Program-made: the position numbers and the translations under genes
Notes under the pieces: model-generated
What the model saw: the letters and a program-made list of their open reading frames with translations, nothing else
Told to the model about the DNA's origin: nothing
Database searches by the model: none
NCBI GenBank assembly: GCA_951406725.2
Contig: OX597827.1
Coordinates: 77,934,001 to 77,998,000, forward strand
Reading direction: 5' to 3'
Length of the DNA: 64,000 nucleotides
Source: Octopus vulgaris
Taxonomy: Eukaryota
Shown: piece by piece, positions 1 to 12,442 of the stretch
How positions within the stretch are numbered: the first letter of the stretch is position 1
Layout: every line of letters starts with the position of its first letter

Positions 1-236
1 TGACCAAAGCTTTGTGAGTGGATTTGGTAGACAGAAACTGAAAGAAGCCCTTTGTACATATATATATATATATGTATGTGTGTGTTTGTCTTCCCAACAT
101 CGCTTGACAACCGATGCTGGTGTATTTACGTCCCCATCACTTAGAGGTTCAGCAAAAGAGACTGATCGAATAAGTACTAGGCTTACAAAGAATTAGTCCC
201 GGGGTCGATTTGTTCAATTAAAGGCAGTGCTCCAGC
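1..236 (+). mobile_element. tRNA-derived SINE family A, 3' part
   Basis: Matches the 3' two-thirds of the full copies at 13355 and 63281. Confidence 0.85.
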
Positions 237-284
<48 letters not shown>

Positions 285-495
285 CCTTTCTACTAAAGGC
301 ACAAGGCTTGAAACTTGTTGGAAGGGGACTAATCGATTACTTTGACCTCAGTGTTTCCCTGGTACTTAATTCATTGACCTTGAAAAAATAAAGGCAAAGT
401 TGACCTTGGCGGAATTTGAACTCAGAACGTAGCACCAGGCTAAATACCACTAAGCATTTCATCCAACGTTCTAACGATTCTGCCAGCTTGCCACT
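285..495 (-). mobile_element. SINE family B (tRNA-like head, GCCTTTCATCCTTTCGGGGTCGA-type core) with (AAT)n tail
   Basis: Reverse complement resembles the copies at 40655, 42028 and 62846; (AAT)n at 237-284. Confidence 0.75.
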
Positions 496-640
496 TTTCT
501 CATCATCATCGTTTAACGTCTGCCTTCCGTACTGGCAGAGGTGAATAATAATTAATAATAATAATAATAAAGAGAAATTAAGAAAATTAATTGAATAAAG
601 TGTTGTTATTTGTGATATAATTGTTTATTTTTAAATTTTA

Positions 641-667
641 AGTTTTTTTTTTTTTTTTCTATTTTAG
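641..667 (+). promoter_or_regulatory. Polypyrimidine tract and 3' splice acceptor for the ZNF1 coding exon
   Basis: Long T run followed by CTATTTTAG|GG, upstream of the ZNF1 ATG. Confidence 0.65.
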
Positions 668-1119
668 GGATGATTCCAGCTGTGATCCTGAGGTCTGAAT
701 GTCGAGAAAATCATTGCAACAGAGTTTCTGGAAAGCTCTTCCAGACATTGCGAACAAAGAATGGTGAAAGTTGTTGTTGCTATTGCTGCCATCACCAACA
801 TCATCATCACCAAACAAGATGTACACGTTTGGAGGAAGGTATCTACAGCTATATGACAGCCCTGGCAAGTGACAAAAACATTCGGTTTTGCTCCCTGGTC
901 TGACATTGACAACAAGGAAAACACATTTTTTTTTTACTGAAAAAACAAAAAAAAAACAAGAAAAAAAGAAAAGAAATAACCAAAAAATCTTTTTAAAAAC
1001 CCTAAAAAAAATTACCCCTCTTCCCTGAGTCGGAAGTTTATCTGTGTCGTCTTTCTTCTCCAAGTGAAATCCAAAAGGTTTGTGTTGGATTTCGTGTCTC
1101 AGCACATCTGCCCTTCATC

Positions 1120-1514
1120 ATGTATCCCGCACAGTTTATGTATGCCATGGGCAACCATCAGCCCAACATCTACAGCCAGCCCACTAGCTTCTACCCCAAT
1201 GAACATTTCTCAAAATGCCACGAGAAGGGCCTTCTTCTGTCTGAGAAGTCTTTCGGTTCCGTTGGCAAGCAACACTCCCAGATGCCAGACTCGTACCGCA
1301 AGGACTTCTCTCCTGGCCTGAGCAGCCCAGACCACATGCACGACAGCAGTAGTCACATGACGCAGTCAATGAGGCCACTGGTGGCCCCACCTGGAGGCAA
1401 TACTGGAAACATGGGTAGCGGCAACGGCAACAACGACGGTGCTGGCGGCGGCGGTGGTGGTGCTGGTGGCGGAGGTGGAGGAGGAACATGTGGTGGCGGC
1501 ACTGGCAACAACAA

Positions 1515-1545
<31 letters not shown>

Positions 1546-3321
1546 AGCGGCAACAACAACAACAACAAACAGTACTATTGCACATTCTGCAAGAAGGGCT
1601 TCACGCAGCAGATTAATTTGAAAACGCACGAACTGACACACACGGCCGAGAAACCGTTCTGCTGTGCCACATGTGGCAGAGCTTTCGCTCAGAAAGCAGC
1701 CTTGCGGAACCACGAAAGAACACACTCGGGCGAAAAGCCTTTCAGTTGTACTATTTGTAAAAAAAGCTTCACTCAACTCGGTAACTTGAGCACACACTTA
1801 AGGACTCACTCGGGGGAAAGGCCGTTCAAATGCACGATATGTGAGAAAGCTTTCACCCAGCATGCAAACCTCAACATTCATCTGAGAACACACACCGGGG
1901 AAAAGCCTTACGAGTGCGAAACTTGTGGGAAACGGTTCTCCCAGAGGACGAACTTGGATAACCATAGGCGTATACACACTGGGGACATGTTCAAGTGTGC
2001 GTTTTGTGGGAAAGCCTTTAGCCTGCAGATTAACCTGAGGAGTCACGAACGCATTCATACGGGGGAGAAACCTTACAAGTGTTCGTTTTGTGGACGGGAC
2101 TTTTCACAGCAGACTGCTCTCAAGAACCATGAACGGATTCACACGGGCGACAAACCGTACAGTTGTTCCGTGTGCGTGAAGGCGTTCAGTCAGCTGGGCA
2201 ACCTTAACATCCACATGCGAACACACACAGGGGTCAAACCCTATTCTTGCGACCTCTGTGGTAAGTGTTTCTCTCAAAGAACCAATTTAAACAACCACAG
2301 GCGGACACACACCGGCGACCTCTTCAAGTGTTCGATGTGTTCGAAAGCGTTCAGCTTGGAAATCGGTCTCCGCAACCACGAACGAGTGCACACGGGTGAG
2401 AAACCTTACTACTGCACCGTGTGCAACAAGACGTTTGCACAGCGTGGCAACCTGAAAACTCATCTTAGGGTCCACACTGGCGAGAAACCGTACCAGTGTG
2501 ACGTGTGTGGGAAAAGCTTCTCACAAAGGGCCAACCTGAATAACCATAAACGCACTCGCACTGGATGTGAACTCTTCACGAAAAACCCACCAACTTCCAT
2601 GTCTCTGTCCTCACAGACATCCTCTTCGAATTCAGTGACCCCGTTGACCTTAGTTCCCGGCATGTCTGCCCAGGCCTCAGCAGCAGCAGCGGCGGCGGCA
2701 GCAGCAGCAGCCGCAGCTGCAAGGATTAAGGATTCCGGCCACATCAAAACGCCACCGTCTTCTACACCGTCGTCGTTCAATGGTAACGACGGCTCCACTG
2801 CTGGTACCCCCTCGGACAATGGTGCTGCCACAAACAACAACAACAACAACAGGAGCAGTTGCCATGGCAACAGTAAACAGGACCCGCTGCATCTGTCTAC
2901 ATCGGATTCCCAAAAGACGCCCCCTGGCCTAAAGAACAATGGGATGGACCCGAACCTGCTCAGTCCAGACGGTGTTGCAATGAACGGCACCGGGGGTGAG
3001 CCCCAGCCCCACACGTCGCCTCACCCCCATCTCAACCCGCCCCACCACCCCCACCACCCGAGCGCCGTCAGGTTGCAGACGCCGGCAGTGACCACTTCCT
3101 GGATGACATCTGCATACCTGCACGAGATGCCACAGAGCTGGGAGAACAACTACCTGTGGGCCAGAGGATTCCCCGTCTCCCACATGTCCGGCAGCGGATG
3201 GCCCAACATGCCCAACACGTTCCCAGGCAGCATGAAGCACAAACAGAACTCTTGGCCCAGCATTCAAGACATGAGCACGTCATCAAAGAGTCACGCCATT
3301 GACCCAAACTCCACGAAATAG
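1120..3321 (+). CDS. C2H2 zinc-finger transcription factor, 733 aa (11 canonical fingers plus a 12th with His->Arg), with poly-G, poly-N and poly-A tracts
   Basis: Long ORF with tandem CxxC-x12-HxxxH fingers and TGEKP-type linkers (1573-2559). A poly-T tract and TTTTAG acceptor ending at 667 suggest the CDS lies in a terminal exon starting at 668. Confidence 0.96.
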
Positions 3322-4671
3322 CAGGATGAGGGCCCGTTGTCCTCTCGGTCACTTTATTAATCATTTGTTACTCTCTCTCCTTCTTTCTCTCTCCCTCTCT
3401 TCATCTTTGTATAGCCTTTGTTGTTGTTGTTGTTGTCATGTTTGTCACCATTGTTATACCCACCACCACCACCACTATTACCATCACTATCATCATCATC
3501 GTCATCATTATTCATGGACCCCTTCGTCCTGCTCATTACTAACACCTGGGGTTGCTGCAGGTGTCCCTCCTTCCCTTTCCACTCTTATCCCACCTCACCC
3601 TCTCCATTGAAGTCCAGTGTGACCTCCCTGTTATGTGTCTTATGTGGTGGTCACTACATGGTAACAACCAGTTAGCTGTAGGTTGTAAGGAGGAAGGATC
3701 TAAGGGTTCGATGTAGGGTGGGAGCAGTTGCTAGGCTGACCCAGCTGCACTTGGTGGGGTCAGTCAGTTCTCCTCTTTATTGTCATCATCATCATCCGCA
3801 TCATGTCATCACTGCCACTACCTCCTTTAATGGCCAAGTCATTCCCACCCTCACCACCACCACCGTCACAATGTCTTTGCCATTGTTCGTGTGGCTATTA
3901 CCATCACCGTTATCATCTCCAACACCATCAGCATCCCGTCGTTATCCTTAGCTCAATCATCATCACCTCGCCACCCTAATCGCCCGTCTCCCCTACCCCA
4001 TCTCATTATTTTAATTAATCATTGAAGCAGCTTCTAAGTGGCTATTTGATATGCTAAATACAACAGCCAAATACTTTACCTCAACCAATCCCCTGCCACC
4101 CACAATTAGGACATGACAACTCCCTGGCTACAGACACGTCTGACTGACGTATCTCTACAACAGGCATTCATACAGACGGGACACATCAGGAGTGGGAGTC
4201 ATGTGGATTGTTCTTCCTAAATGTTTTACCTTGCTCTGTTGAAATACACTGCCTCCACCTTTCTCTCAACTGAATTTGAAAATGATGACGGATTTAGTAA
4301 AATAAATTTTGTCATTACATAACTTATTACTAAATATTATTATTTTTACTACTATATAAACTTATTAAATAGCTTATTGTAAAATTAATTTTGTCATTAT
4401 TAAACTGGCGTTGAGAACATTGATTAACATGAAAATTTGATGGAAGGGTTTTAATATAGATCACTTTAACCGTTTTATGTTTTTCTTTTTCTTTTGAAGC
4501 ACGGAGTCTTTGTTTCAATTGGTTTTGAAAATAACAAAGAATTTAGTGAAATAACTTGGTCAGTTATTAAGCTGGCGTTTGGAACATAAATTAACGTGAA
4601 ATTTGGATGGATGGATGGTTCTAACTTAATTTTAATTCTTTTAGTATCCTGATTACTCTGTCAAATATGAT

Positions 4672-4970
4672 TGTTCCTTCTCGAGCCACGCCTGGCTCAT
4701 TAGGGCTGGTTTCCCGGTTTCCTTGGCATATAGGTTCCCCACCTGGATAGGACGCTGGTCCGTCGCAGGTGAACTGCAAGATGCAGGAGGAGAGAGTGAG
4801 AGAAAGTTGTGGCGAAAGACTCAGCAGAAGTTCACCATTACCTTCCGCTGGAGCTGCGTGGAGCTTAGGTATTTCGTTCATAAACACACACATCGCCCGG
4901 TCTGAGATTGGAACTCGCGATCCCTTAACCTCGAGTCCGCTGCGCTAACCACTAGGCCATGTGCCTCCAC
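4672..4970 (-). mobile_element. tRNA-derived SINE family C with 13-bp target-site duplication, inserted into a piggyBac-type MITE
   Basis: TGTCAAATATGAT at 4659-4671 and 4971-4983; A/B-box-like head on the minus strand; second copy at 44517-44823. Confidence 0.85.
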
Positions 4971-6082
4971 TGTCAAATATGATGGCTTATTTATTCACAT
5001 TGTTTTGAATTAACCCTGTCTTGTGGCTTCAAGATTTCAAAGATATGATTGTTTATTTTTAGAATGACATTGTTAAGGTGTGAGGGACTGGATCTCACCA
5101 GTTTGAAAATAAAGCAGGGGGAATATTTTGGCCAGGTACGGCTGGTTTAAATGCTAAAGGGTTGAATCAGGAAATTTGTATCATAGAATTAGGGGTTGGT
5201 CTCAAGGTGTTTGGTATCAAAAAAGTTCATAAGGTTCACCTACCATTACTTAAGAGCAACTCTAAATGTCTTTTGCTTTTTTTTTTTTCATCTGAGATCT
5301 GAGAATCTGAGTCTAGAATGTTTTTTTTTTTGTAACAACAGGGAAGAAATTAATGGGGCAGAGAAGGAGGGGGAGGTATGAAAATTAGTTGAGTCAACAA
5401 CCAGTATAGTTCTGGTGGTTGTTTATTGATCCGGATGGGACACAAAATTGAGTCTGTATTGGCTGCATTTGATCGCAGAATGTGAGGCACTAAAGTTAGG
5501 CTGACAGAACAATATTTAGTCCAAAGCTAGGATGTCATTTGTGCCAAATAACCCAAAGTGTAGCAACATCATTATCATCAACATCAACATAAAATATACA
5601 ACAAGCCAGCAAGGGTGCCTCTATGTGGTCACTTCACATGCTAGATACAGCAGTCGCATTGGATAATGTAGTCCAGGGTATACAATGCCTAAAATATATT
5701 CACAACTGGATCACACTTGGTCATAGGTTCCTGCTGGATTAGGGTCAACTTTAGGGGCTCAACAAATATTGTATTAAGCAAAAAGTCACTTTATTTTTTA
5801 ATTCATTCTTCACATCTCTGACCATGTGGCTTTGGGCTTGTCCATGCACATGGAGCATCACTCCTGACACTCGACTCTAAAACAGTACATGGTATTCTTT
5901 TGTCTAGTTCAATCAATGGCTCTGTGTCCCAAGTCTCTTTAAGTGTCCCGCCCTGCCCTCATCTCCATCCCTCATCCTGTCCATCTATAACAGTTGGTTT
6001 AGATGAAGGAAAACTGGGTGGGAGAAAGGGCAGTGGTTTTTAGCAGTTGTTATGGAAGCTGGTGGTGGTTGTGGTGCTGAAG

Positions 6083-6432
6083 GTCACATGCCCCTCCCAT
6101 CACACGCCTCTTCTTCCATTACACATCTTCCTCCTATCTCACGCCCCTCCTCTCATCACATGCTCCTCCTCTCATCACATGCCCCTCCTCTCATCACATT
6201 CCCCTCCTCTCATCACATGCCCCTCCTCTCATCACATGCCCCTCCTCTCATCACATGCCCCTCCTCTCATCACATGCCCCTCCTCTCATCACATTCCCCT
6301 CCTCTCATCACATGCTCCTCCTCTCATCACATGCCCCTCCTCTCATCACATGCTCCTCCTCTCATCACATGCCCCTCCTCCCATCATACTTGCCTCTCCT
6401 CCCATTACAAATGCTCCTCCTCCCATCACACA
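6083..6432. repeat. 19-bp minisatellite (CATCACATGCCCCTCCTCT), about 18 units, degenerate at the ends
   Basis: 19-nt period read directly; it explains the repetitive ORFs at 6047, 6052 and 6255. Confidence 0.92.
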
Positions 6433-6476
6433 CTGTTTCATCATAATTCACATATCTTTGTTCCGACTCTCCTCAC

Positions 6477-6511
<35 letters not shown>

Positions 6512-7318
6512 TAATAATAAAAAGAAGAATAACAGTAATAATAATAATAATCGTGTCATTTCTGTACTGTCATTTCTTTTTATCCTTTTTTTTTTAAATA
6601 TCTTCCTTAAGATGGTTCTCTTGTTACAAGCCACCACCATACCACACATTCTCCCCATGCCCACCCCTCGTAACCTACCTATAAAACGACAACAAAACAA
6701 ACATTATTATTATTATCATTATTATTGTTATCGCTAATTTAATTTTTTTTTTAAATACCATTAATTATAATTCATGCTGGTTCCCCTTTTCCCCTCCTCT
6801 TCCAGCTCCTTACCCCATGGTGCACTGGGTTAAGGTGTAGGTTCATGATATCCCTACAAATCTTTCAGGGGCTTTGATCAACTTGTTGGTGGCAAGGGGC
6901 TGCGGTGGGGAGACAGCTTCTTTGGTTTATTCTGTATGTGTTTTTTTGTTACTTTTTTTTCAGTTTTTTTTTTTTAGTTTTACATCCATTGTTAATTCTC
7001 TCTTCTTTCCACCCATTGTAAAACAGATGAACGCCACCACATCCCACCTTTAACAAACTCTCATATTTTTTCATTTTTTGCTTTTTTAATGATTTTTTTT
7101 TGTTTTTATTTTGTTTTGTTTTTTTTTGTCCTCCCCCTCTCTCTGTCCCACCCCGCCTCTTCCTCCTCCTCTCTGAAACTGTGAATTGTAATTTCAAGTA
7201 TTTTGACTTTTTTTAATCATTTAACAAACAGAAGAAGGAAAAAAATTAATTAATTAATTAATTAATAACTAAAAAAAGGGGGAAAATATAATGAGCCTTT
7301 GTGTAAAATATATAAAAG

Positions 7319-7324
7319 AATAAA
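7319..7324 (+). terminator. Candidate polyadenylation signal of ZNF1 (implies a 3' UTR of about 4 kb)
   Basis: AATAAA after a U/A-rich UTR-like stretch, followed by a GT-rich tract (TGTGTTGTTGTTG at about 7341-7358). Confidence 0.4.
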
Positions 7325-7355
7325 AACATAAAACATTATATGTGTTGTTGTTGTT

Positions 7356-7446
7356 GTGGGACACCACTGCATGGAGCGTGGGGGATACCACTGTATGGGG
7401 AGTGTGGGATACTACTGCATGGGGAGTGTGGGACACCACTGCATGG
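7356..7446. repeat. 24-bp tandem repeat, about 4 copies
   Basis: GTGGGA(C/T)ACCACTGCATGGGGAGT-like units. Confidence 0.85.
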
Positions 7447-7681
7447 AGAAGTAACACTGTTATATATTATACTTTTAATTTGTTTCAGTCATTAGACTGT
7501 GGCCATGATGGGGCACTGCCTTGAGGAACTTTGAGTCAAATGAATGGACCCCAAGACTTGTTTTTAAAGTCTGTCAGTCGCTTTTGCCAAACTGCCAAGT
7601 TACAGGATGTAAACACACCAACACCAGTACCTGGTGGTGGTCAGGTGGGGGGTGGCACATACACTTATATATATATATATA

Positions 7682-8062
7682 GGTGCAGGCATGGCTGTGT
7701 GGTAAGAAGCTTGCTTCCCAACCACATGGTTTTGGGGTTCAGTCCCACTGCATGGCACCTTGGGCAAGTCTCTTCCACTATAGCCTTGGGCTGACCAAAG
7801 CCTTGTGAGAGGATTTGGTAGATGGACACTGAAAGAAGCCCGACACATATATGTGTTTGTGTGTCTGTGTTTGTCTCCCCCACCCCACCATCGCTTGACA
7901 ACCAATGTTGGTGTGTTTATGTCCCTGTAACTTAGTGGTTCAGCAAAAGAGATCAATAGAATAAGTACTAGGCTTACAAAGAATAAATCCTGGGATCGAC
8001 TTGTTCGACAAAAGGCGGTGCTCCAGCATGGTCGCAGTCATATGACTGAAACAAATAAAAAG
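7682..8062 (+). mobile_element. SINE family A, full length
   Basis: GGTGCAGGCATGGCTGTGTGGTAAG head, GGTTCAGTCCC B-box-like motif, TGACTGAAACAAATAAAAG end. Confidence 0.85.
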
Positions 8063-8323
8063 AATATATATATATATACTTTTAGTTGTTTCTGTCATTT
8101 GACTGTGGCCATGCTGGAGCACCACCTTAAAGGCTTTTAGTTGAAGAAATCAACCATGGGACTTATTCATTGTAAGCCTAGTACTTATTCTGTCACTCTC
8201 TTTTGCTGAACTGCTAAGTTACAGGGACGTAAATGCACCAGCATCAGTTGTCAAGCGATGGTGGGGTGGGGGAGACAAACACAGACATAGATACATACAT
8301 AAAGCAGTGATTATATATATATA

Positions 8324-8702
8324 TCTTTATATATAAAAGTAAGGTTGTGTGTCTGTCTCCTACGATTTAGATTCCTAACTACTCCCACATTTTGCGGTGC
8401 AGTTTAACCAAAACCGGGTATCTTATAGTCGTGATTCATATCGAGCCCTTCTGGGTATTAGCGCGATGAGTCTACGATTTTTAAAAAAATTTACCATAAT
8501 TTTTTTCCATTTTAATGCATTTTTTCGCTATTATATAAGGGAAGTAACTCTCTAAAAATGTCTACGATGAGTCAACGATTTAAAAAAAAATTTACCATCA
8601 TTTTTTTTTCATTTTTAATGCATTTTTTTGGCTATAACTCTCTAAAAATGCTTTATAGTTATTTCCCTTACAAAACCGAGCAATGCCGGGCGATACTGAT
8701 AG
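8324..8702 (+). mobile_element. Non-autonomous Helitron, copy 1
   Basis: Starts A|TCTTTATATATAAAAG; ends with subterminal hairpin CCGAGCAATGCCGG then GCGATACTGATAG|T (CTAG variant). Confidence 0.8.
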
Positions 8703-8961
8703 TTTAATTATAAAATTATATAAGGCAACAGGACAAAACCCTGCTGCAACATGTCGTAAGGCTTTGCCAAAGAAAGTTATAAAACCACCTTAAGCTCCTG
8801 CAAATATACGTGTTGTAGACAGGGAGATGAAAAATAGAAAATAAAACTGCACAATCAGTTGTCTGTTGGTCCAGTTTTGAGATTAATGCAGTAGAATATC
8901 TTATTTCCCATCCTCAGCACCAATAATCATAGAAACATAATCCTGTTCCCTTATATATATA

Positions 8962-9336
8962 CTAGCAGTATCGCCCGGCGTTGCTCGGGTTTGTAAGGGA
9001 AATAACTATATAAGCATTTTTAGAGAGTTATAGCCAAAAAATAGCATTAAAAATGATGGTAAATTTATTTTTAAATCGTTGACTCATCGTAGACATTTTT
9101 AGAGAGTTACTTCCCTTATATAATAGCGAAAAAAATGCATTAAGATGGAAAAAAATGATGGTAAATTATTTTTAAAATCGTAGACTCATCGTAGATGCGC
9201 GCTAATACCCAGAAGGGCTCGATATGAATTACGACTATAAGATACCCGGTTTTGGTTAAACTGCACCGCAAAATGTGGGAGTAAGGAATCTAAATCGTAG
9301 GAGACAGACACGCAACTTCACTTTTATATATAAAGA
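8962..9336 (-). mobile_element. Non-autonomous Helitron, copy 2 (inverted relative to copy 1)
   Basis: On the minus strand: A|TC 5' end, hairpin CCCGAGCAACGCCGGG, 3' end CTAG|T, no TSD. Confidence 0.85.
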
Positions 9337-9339
9337 TTA

Positions 9340-9641
9340 GTGAAGGCGCATGGCTCAGTGGTTAGAGTGTCGAACTACGTCCATGAGGTTGTGAGTTTGA
9401 ATCCTGGACCGGGCTGCCTATTGTGTTCCTGAGCAAGACACTTTATTTTACGTTGCTCCAGTTCACTCAGCTGTGATGTCACTGGTGCCAAGCTGGATAA
9501 CATCAATGGCATGGAGAGAGAAGAAGCTGGTATGCATGAGCAACTGCAGGCCTTCCATATCCAACCTTGCCCGGACTTGTGCCTGGGAGGGTAACTTTCT
9601 AGGTGCAATCTCATGGTCATTTATGACCAAAAGGGGCCTCT
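9340..9641 (+). mobile_element. tRNA-derived SINE family D
   Basis: TGGCTCAGTGGTTAGAG A-box and GTTTGAATCC B-box-like motif; reverse copy at 41471-41810. Confidence 0.75.
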
Positions 9642-9731
9642 GAAATATAATTATTATTTTAGGATAATTTAACCACAAAGTTTTATAGCATGTTGGCCAC
9701 TTGATATTATCATTTACATGATTTTATCCTT

Positions 9732-9774
<43 letters not shown>

Positions 9775-10904
9775 CATACATATATATATATATGTATGTA
9801 TGTATATTGTCATTCAGTGTTCGAAATGAGGAGTAGAAGACAGCTGACAACTGATGTAGGGTCGTTCTTTATGTTACTTGTCCTGGTTTCCATTTGTTTC
9901 TCTCATTGTTTGCGTATTCAACTCATTTGTTTTCGTATGTCATGTTGTTTACTGTTTGTGACGTCCTGTACACCCATATATGCATGCATGTGTATATATA
10001 TATATATATATTATTATTTGATTGAACGCCACGCATCCATTTCCAGGTGAGTTTATTTTAACCTATATATATATACACATACATACAATGGTCTTCTTTC
10101 AGTTTCCATCTACGAAATCCGCTCAACAAGACTTTGGTTGGCCTGAGGCTATAGTATAGAAGACACTTGACCAGCATGCCGCGTATGGTCAGTTGTATAA
10201 CACCATTGTATGGAGAATGTGTGACACACCACTGAATGGAGAAATGTGTTACAAACCAGTTTATGTGCCGTGTGTGTGTGACTGCTGTATTAGTGGAGTG
10301 ACACTCTACTGTACTGAAGGGTGAATTATGAGCTGTGTTGCAGTGGGTACGCCATCTGTCATCATCATCATCATTGTTTAACATCTATCGTCCATGCTGG
10401 CATGGTTGGACTTTCACAGGAGCTGCCATGCCAGAGGACAGCACCAGGCTCTGTCATCTGCTTTGGTATGGTTTCTCTGGCTGGATGCCCTTCCTGACAC
10501 CAACCACTTGACAGTGGGTGCTTTTTATGTGGCACCAGCACTAGTGGGGTCACCAAGTAACTTGCAAGACAAAGACCCCTTCAACTGAGACGGGGAATCG
10601 TATTGAGGCTTTGTGCCAGTTGAAGAGAGGTTAAAGAGTCTGATAGAGGGACAGGCATGTTTGTCTTGCTGTAGAGGAGATACATGGCAACTCCATTTGG
10701 AAAAGAGAAAGAGAAATAAATGTGTTGAGACATGCCCTTGAGGTACAGTGGGAGGTGGATATAAGTGTAGTGCTACAGAGGATTGGGTTGAGTGAGTGGG
10801 TGGAGGAAGTTTCATGTGAGGAGAGACGGGGTAGAAGTGACTGGAGAATGTTTACATTATAATAGAACATCTTAACGATGTTACTATAAGAGAATATTCT
10901 GTTC

Positions 10905-11280
10905 TACTGTAGGCATAAGGCCCGAAAATTTGGGGGAGGGAGCCAGTTGATTAGATCGACCCCAGTACGCAACTGGTACTTAATTTAATGGCCCCGAAAG
11001 GATGAAAGGCAAATTCAACCTCAGCGGAATTTGAACTCAGAAAGTAAAGACAGACGAAATACCTATTTCTTACTACCCACAGGGGTCTAAACACAGAGGG
11101 GACTAACGGATTAAGTTGATTATATCGACCCCAGTGCATAACAGGTACTTGTTTAATCGACCCTGAAAGGATGAAAGGTAAAGTCGACCTTGGCAGAATT
11201 TGAACTCAGAACTTAGCGGCAGACGAAATACCGCTAAGCATTTCGCCTGACGTGCTAACGATTCTGCCAGTTTATCACTT
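10905..11280 (-). mobile_element. SINE family B, two nested or tandem units
   Basis: Two copies of the GATGAAAGG..AAA.TC.ACCT..GC.GAATTTGAACTCAGAA block. Confidence 0.75.
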
Positions 11281-11806
11281 TAGGACAAGAGAATATTGAA
11301 TGGGATAGAAAGGGACTAGAGGAATACAACTGAAGGGCCAAGGACTGGGGTTTCAGTTTGGTGTGGAAAGTTATGAAGGAGATCACATGATCAACCTGAC
11401 TGTTGGATGGGATATGTCATTCGTCACAATGCGCTTGGCATTATTTTAGTCTTTGAATGATGCCACCCTGCTGGCCAGGCAAGCAGGCCAGCATCTGCCC
11501 TTATCAGAAGGTTAGTGTGCCACAGTGCGACCCATTTACAACTGAGTGGACTGGAGGAAGATGAAATGAAGGGTTTTGCTCAAGAACACAACATGCTGTC
11601 TGGTCTAGGAATCGAACCCATGCCCAAGCAATCGTCAGTCCAACACCCTAACCACTAGGCCACAAGCCTCTGCTATGAAGGAAATAAAGACAAAGAAAAC
11701 CTGTTCATCAGGGAGAATTACTGAGAAAGGGGAGATGTCTGACTATGTAGGGGACACGAGGGTTGTGGCAGCTAAATCTGCCTCAAACTTGAAAGTAACA
11801 CCATAA

Positions 11807-12027
11807 CCCTTTAGCATTCAGATTACTCTGTTGAATGTAATGCTTTTTCACTCAAATTGTTTTGAATTAATCATGCTTTAGCTCATAGCTTTGAGATTTC
11901 AATGCTGTGATTATTTATTTTTAGAATGACATTGTAGGGTAGGTGTGAGAGGCCAGATATGGCTAGTTCAAATATAAAACATGTTGAATATATTGGGCCG
12001 GATATGGCCGGTTTGAACACTAAAGGG
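11807..12027. mobile_element. piggyBac-type MITE (CCCTTTAG...CTAAAGGG)
   Basis: Short CCC/GGG termini flanked by ATAA/TTAA; relatives near 4640-5162, 16200-16420, 37420-37613 and 42973-43458. Confidence 0.65.
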
Positions 12028-12442
12028 TTAAACAATAGATAAGCAGACTGGATTAAGTCGGTTGCAGAGACATGTTTGAATAATAGAAGGGTGAGTCATG
12101 TTTGGGTTGCTAGTTGAATGAGAAAGGTTTTTCACAGAAAACTCCAGTTATTCAGGTAATCAGCCGAGGAAAATATCATTGTCAACTGCTGCCATGTTTT
12201 AGCAGCATCCTCATCAAGTGATATCCTGGTGTGCAGATGATTTCCTTCGTTTATCCCTTGGGGTTTATGTTGTAATCCATGTGAGGGATTCATGGATTTC
12301 CCTTTCCTCTTTGATGGTCGCTTCAGTCAGTTTCGATGAATGAGTGTTTGAAGGAGAGGACCAAGGGTTGAAGAGAGTATTAGGAAGAAAGAAAGAAGAA
12401 CTAAGAAGCTGTGTCTGTTTGCGATGGATACTCTCTTTAATC

